In this document: positions 53,324 to 57,059 of the stretch, piece after piece
How the letters are laid out: every line of letters starts with the position of its first letter
Position numbering within the stretch: the stretch's first letter is position 1
Origin: Promethearchaeota archaeon
GTDB lineage: Archaea; Asgardarchaeota; Thorarchaeia; Thorarchaeales; Thorarchaeaceae
NCBI GenBank assembly: GCA_048937485.1
Contig: JBHLND010000001.1
Coordinates: 1 to 57,059 of the forward strand
Direction of reading: 5' to 3'
DNA: 57,059 nt
Position numbers and translations under genes: made by a program
Notes under the pieces: generated by a model
Databases searched by the model: none
Told to the model about the DNA's origin: nothing
Seen by the model: the letters and a program-made list of their open reading frames with translations, nothing else

Positions 53324-54043
53324 CTATTTCTTGCGGCCAGTTCTTCTGGCTGCTATATTACCCACCTTACGACCTGGTGGTGCATGCCTGCTGACAGTGC
53401 TTGGACGTCCTGGTGACTGATGAGATCCGCCACCATGCGGATGGCTCGCGGCGTTCATTGCAGCACCTCGGACAACAGGCCACTTTCGTGCCTTGCCACG
53501 AGTATGATGCCACACTGCACCAGCCTTGAGGAATGGTTTCTCAGTTCTTCCACCGCCAGCAACAATTCCAATTGTGGCCCTGCATTTTGGACTGAAGGCT
53601 TTCTGGCGTCCACTTGGAAGTCGAACCATTGCTTTGCTAGGATCAATTGAAACGATTGTAGCTGTGAGTCCAGACGATCTCACATACTTGCCACCGTCTC
53701 CTGGACTCCCTTCAATATTATAGACAGGTGTTCCTTCCGGAATATGCTGAAGCATCAGTGTATTTCCATTCTGGAGTGCAGCATCCTCACCGCACTCTAC
53801 GACTTGCCCAATCATGATACCTTCTGGAGCAACCATATAGTGAAGCTTGGATTCTCCTTCGTATCTAACCTCCGCCAGAGGTGCCCCTCTACCCGACTCA
53901 TGGTATAGATTGCTTATCTTCCCCACATAGGTCTTATCAGGAGCCCATTTTGGATGTCTGGCTCTTGCAATCTTCTTATGGCTGGGGCTTCTCCACTGAG
54001 TCGTCCCTCTTCCCTTGCGCTGTACGAGAACACGTCTACCCAT
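53324..54043 (-). CDS. rpl2: 50S ribosomal protein uL2
   Basis: GRRVLVQRKGRG..., SHPHGGG and GRKVG motifs. Confidence 0.95.
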   Translation of the reverse strand: MGRRVLVQRKGRGTTQWRSPSHKKIARARHPKWAPDKTYVGKISNLYHESGRGAPLAEVRYEGESKLHYMVAPEGIMIGQVVECGEDAALQNGNTLMLQHIPEGTPVYNIEGSPGDGGKYVRSSGLTATIVSIDPSKAMVRLPSGRQKAFSPKCRATIGIVAGGGRTEKPFLKAGAVWHHTRGKARKWPVVRGAAMNAASHPHGGGSHQSPGRPSTVSRHAPPGRKVGNIAARRTGRKK

Positions 54044-54055
54044 ATCATTCCCTCC

Positions 54056-54319
54056 TTAGAAGATCCCGAGGTTGGTTGCAACCTCTGCGGCACTATATTC
54101 CGGTGCCAGACGCACGAATGCCTTCTTCTTTCCATCAGGCAGTACTAGCGTGTTGACTTTCTCTACAACGACCTCGTAGAGGGTTTCCACAGCCCATCGA
54201 ATGGTGTTCTTGTTGGCTCTTCGATCGACATAGAAGGTGAGCTTGTTGTGGCTATCAACCGCTTCGAGACTAGCCTCTGTGATTACTGGTCTAATGATGA
54301 TTGTATTAGGATCCATCAC
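54056..54319 (-). CDS. rpl23: 50S ribosomal protein uL23
   Basis: IIRPVITEASL...KLTFYVDRRANK...KKAFVRL. Confidence 0.9.
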   Translation of the reverse strand: MMDPNTIIIRPVITEASLEAVDSHNKLTFYVDRRANKNTIRWAVETLYEVVVEKVNTLVLPDGKKKAFVRLAPEYSAAEVATNLGIF

Positions 54320-54327
54320 TTCTCACC

Positions 54328-55116
54328 TCACATGAAAAGAGCTTCCTGCTCTAACCGCTTAATTGCGGACTTCGACCAGACTACAAGTCGTCCGGGGTGT
54401 GTTCCAGGAGCAAGCAGGTCTGCATTTAGTCCGTTTACTTCCACAACATCAACGCCTGGTAGATTTCGGGCAGCCTTACCTATCCCCTGATCATTACTTA
54501 CAACAATCAGGAATGACTTTGGAGTCTTCATCTTCCTGCCACGCATTTTGCCCTTGCCTGCTCGAATTCCTCGACCTTTGATAGCTCTCAAAAGGTCCTC
54601 TTCAAGTCCAAGGGCAGTAACCGCAGCCCTGACCTCCTTAGTTGTTTGGAGGGTTTCGAGCTTGTCGTCAACAACAAGTGGAACTGTCGGAATCGATTCA
54701 ATCTTGTGTCCTCTAAGTCCAACAATCTTCTTGTCTGCTGTTGCTGCAATGGCTGATCGGATTGCAAGACGATTTTCCTTCTTGTTGATTCTTTCAATCA
54801 ATACTTTCCTTGCCTCGGGAGGATGTGCAACTCTACCACCTACTGTACCAGGAGCAAAGGCGCCCTTATTTGCAGCTGGGGTGCCGCTGCCCTTCACACG
54901 GGGCACTCTAGATCTTCCATGGCCAGTTTGCCAGCTCTGTGCAGTGTTCTTCTTTCCTGCCAGCTCATCTACCCCATGCGGTTGTCGTCGCTTGGATTGA
55001 ACGGATAGAACTGCTCTCTTTATGATGTCAGGCCGGTAGGGAGTGTCGAACTGCTCAGGGAGCTTGACCTTTTCGCCAGCCTTTCCCTTCAATGAATATG
55101 TAGCTACACTTGTCAT
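54328..55116 (-). CDS. rpl4: 50S ribosomal protein uL4
   Basis: Position between uL3 and uL23, plus GHGRSRVPRVKGSG and GKGKMRGRK motifs. Confidence 0.9.
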   Translation of the reverse strand: MTSVATYSLKGKAGEKVKLPEQFDTPYRPDIIKRAVLSVQSKRRQPHGVDELAGKKNTAQSWQTGHGRSRVPRVKGSGTPAANKGAFAPGTVGGRVAHPPEARKVLIERINKKENRLAIRSAIAATADKKIVGLRGHKIESIPTVPLVVDDKLETLQTTKEVRAAVTALGLEEDLLRAIKGRGIRAGKGKMRGRKMKTPKSFLIVVSNDQGIGKAARNLPGVDVVEVNGLNADLLAPGTHPGRLVVWSKSAIKRLEQEALFM

Positions 55117-55133
55117 TATATCTCAACCTCCCA

Positions 55134-56141
55134 TTATTGCTTGGATGCAGTACTGATGTAACTCACCTGAGTCACCTGTCCAAGATGAGAACTCCTTGGC
55201 CGGATTGCCATTCTGAGCCTAATTGGTCTCTTGACTGGACCTGGAATTGAACCCCACAGAATGACATAGTCTCCTCGTATCACACCATAATTCACAAAAC
55301 CACCTGATGGGGTTATTTCCTCACCACGCTCGCCCATCTTGAGTACTTCATTATTGAAACTAGTTCGAGTATGAAATCCTGTCTGACCGGGCCGTGGAAC
55401 AGTATAGCGGATGTTTGTTGGTGACCAAGGACCAATACAGCCAACACCGCGCTTAGTCTTACGTGATTTGTGTTGAAGAATTCTGACTCCCCAACGTCGG
55501 ACTGGGCCTTGAAATCCGTGTCCCTTTGTAACAGCAATCGAATCAACTAGAGTTCCTTCTCGAAGGATGTCTGCGACACGTATGTCGTTTCCCAGTACAC
55601 TCTTCGCATATTCAAATGCCTCCTGAACATTTGAAGCTCCAATCTTGTATTCTGTGATATCCGGCTTTTTCTTCGATACCCCAGCAAGACGAGGTTGGGT
55701 ATGAATTAGCATTCGGATTTCATCAAGTGTGTCAAGCTGTGTCTCAAACTCGTTCATCTTTGACTTTTGGTCATACTTCTTAGGCAGAGGCATTGCTTTT
55801 CGCAGATCTGGAGAAAGATTGTCCGCTAAGACCTCTGCAACAAGCTTTCGACCATAGGCTGCTGCCTTGTATCCACGGATAGAAAAGGGCCTGATTGGAG
55901 GCGTGTCAACAATTGTGACAGGTATGACTTTTTGCTGGCCCTGAAATGGACTATTCGGGTTTTGAATTGTCATCACTGCATGAGACATTCCAGCCTTGAA
56001 TCCAACGAAGCCAAGTAGTCTGGCATCGGAGCCATCATGTTCGGGCCAGTTTTTAATCCTAGGCAAGAATTTTGATGCCCTTCCACGAGGAAGATATGCA
56101 AGACTTCCTCTTCTAGGCGCATGCTTCTTTCTATGTGCCAT
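55134..56141 (-). CDS. rpl3: 50S ribosomal protein uL3
   Basis: MAHRKKHAPRRGSLAY..., KGHGFQGPVRRWG. GGTG Shine-Dalgarno-like element 7 nt upstream. Confidence 0.95.
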   Translation of the reverse strand: MAHRKKHAPRRGSLAYLPRGRASKFLPRIKNWPEHDGSDARLLGFVGFKAGMSHAVMTIQNPNSPFQGQQKVIPVTIVDTPPIRPFSIRGYKAAAYGRKLVAEVLADNLSPDLRKAMPLPKKYDQKSKMNEFETQLDTLDEIRMLIHTQPRLAGVSKKKPDITEYKIGASNVQEAFEYAKSVLGNDIRVADILREGTLVDSIAVTKGHGFQGPVRRWGVRILQHKSRKTKRGVGCIGPWSPTNIRYTVPRPGQTGFHTRTSFNNEVLKMGERGEEITPSGGFVNYGVIRGDYVILWGSIPGPVKRPIRLRMAIRPRSSHLGQVTQVSYISTASKQ

Positions 56142-56498
56142 TAATGTTCACCTTGTAGTTTTGCAGCCTGTGTGATATCAAAATCATCACAAAGTCGAAT
56201 AGTCAAATCACTTAGGCTATTCTTACTACACTGCGCGCCAAGTCGGAGTGTGTTTTTAAAGATTGTCAATTGCTCACAAACAACTTGAGAGGTAGCATAG
56301 CTTTCCAAAGGGAATGGAGAGCCAGAAAATCGTGTCTAGATCTACTGGGCATAGCAATCAATATGCGTAAATCAGTCAGAGGAAATAGTGGTATTCCAAA
56401 TGAGGATTCTGATTATCTCAGAGTAATGATTGGCCATTTGCAAGAGAAGAATACTATCGTCCTGCATAAGTATGGACGCAAGGAGTATTTACCGCATC

Positions 56499-57059
56499 TC
56501 AAAGAAACTTCTGCTCCGTCCGAGCGATTATCTCATCCTGGAGGGGCTTTCCAAGATTAATGAAGTAGTCACTATATCCGGCTACTCGCACAATGAGATC
56601 CCTAAACTCCTCTGGCCTTTTCTGTGCTTTCAAGAGCACTTCTTTATCCACCACATTGAACTGGATATGATGTCCTCCAAGCTTGAAGTAAGTTCTGACC
56701 AGATGCAACAGATTAATCCGACCTTCCTCATCATCCAAGATCTCCGGCATAAGTTTCTGATTCAGCAACGTACCGCCTGTACGTACATGGTCAATTTTCG
56801 CAACTGATTTTATGACTGCTGTAGGCCCTTTTGTATCAGCACCATGCGACGGAGAGATTCCATCCGACAATGGTTTGCCAGATTTTCTCCCATTTGGAGT
56901 TGCACCTGTGACCTGTCCAAAATAGATGTGAACTGTCGTAGGCAATAAGTTCACACGATATTCTCCGCCCTTGGTATTAGGTTGCCCATCTAATAAGTCG
57001 AAATATATGTCAAAGACTGCTTTTGCAAGATTGTCAGCATAATCATCATCGTTTCCAAA
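56499..57059 (-). CDS. Glycyl-radical enzyme (pyruvate formate-lyase family), C-terminal part; 5' end lies outside the window
   Basis: Glycyl radical motif RVAGYS near the C-terminus. The frame stays open to the window edge (FGNDDDYADN...), so the gene is truncated by the window. Confidence 0.85.
   Translation of the reverse strand, partial: FGNDDDYADNLAKAVFDIYFDLLDGQPNTKGGEYRVNLLPTTVHIYFGQVTGATPNGRKSGKPLSDGISPSHGADTKGPTAVIKSVAKIDHVRTGGTLLNQKLMPEILDDEEGRINLLHLVRTYFKLGGHHIQFNVVDKEVLLKAQKRPEEFRDLIVRVAGYSDYFINLGKPLQDEIIARTEQKFL

Noticed and set aside
56270-56807. Two + strand ORFs (96 aa and 125 aa)
   Set aside because: One lies in the rpl3 upstream spacer and the other is antisense to the glycyl-radical enzyme C-terminus. 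Neither has motifs, and both have poor composition.
1-57059. CRISPR arrays, transposases, integrases, prophage or defence-island genes, rRNA
   Set aside because: I saw no regularly spaced direct repeats and no ORFs with such motifs. The window reads as core chromosome.

Overview
This is a gene-dense chromosomal segment of an archaeon. I saw no transposase, integrase, CRISPR array or rRNA. I support about 55 protein-coding genes and three tRNA genes; all three tRNAs carry introns and encode their 3' CCA. Most genes are informational: Orc1/Cdc6, RFC large and small subunits, a GINS-MCM-Hel308 array, NurA-HerA, a divergent TFB-like factor, an Rpo8-like subunit, FtsZ, uS10, uL3-uL4-uL23-uL2, two Sm-like proteins, TruA and a Trm11-like methylase. 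Metabolic genes include GlmS, isopentenyl phosphate kinase, PyrG, Mch, split 2-oxoacid:ferredoxin oxidoreductase subunits and the 3' part of a glycyl-radical enzyme. Rpo8, a roadblock/small-GTPase operon, an H4MPT enzyme and non-canonical tRNA introns together suggest a TACK/Asgard-type lineage, but this is inference only. TTG and GTG starts and 4-nt ATGA start/stop overlaps are common.

The best candidates for something new are:
- A translationally coupled operon at 23427-25890: tandem roadblock protein, unassigned 306-aa protein (by eye DENN-like or a degenerate P-loop), and an Arf/Rag/MglA-like GTPase.
- A 1313-aa membrane-anchored HerA/FtsK-class ATPase with winged-helix-like C-terminal modules (4888-8829), paired with a large Ig-repeat surface protein.
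- A TFB-like, secretion-type ATPase and Flp-like mini-pilin array lacking any platform protein or prepilin peptidase (11215-14284).
- tRNA introns in the T-arm and at positions 8-10.
- An in-frame TGA between korB and korC, with the conserved gamma-subunit N-terminus upstream of the first ATG.
- A SufS-like protein lacking the PLP-binding lysine.
- A ribosomal protein operon that stops after uL2 and is followed by RHH-FtsZ.
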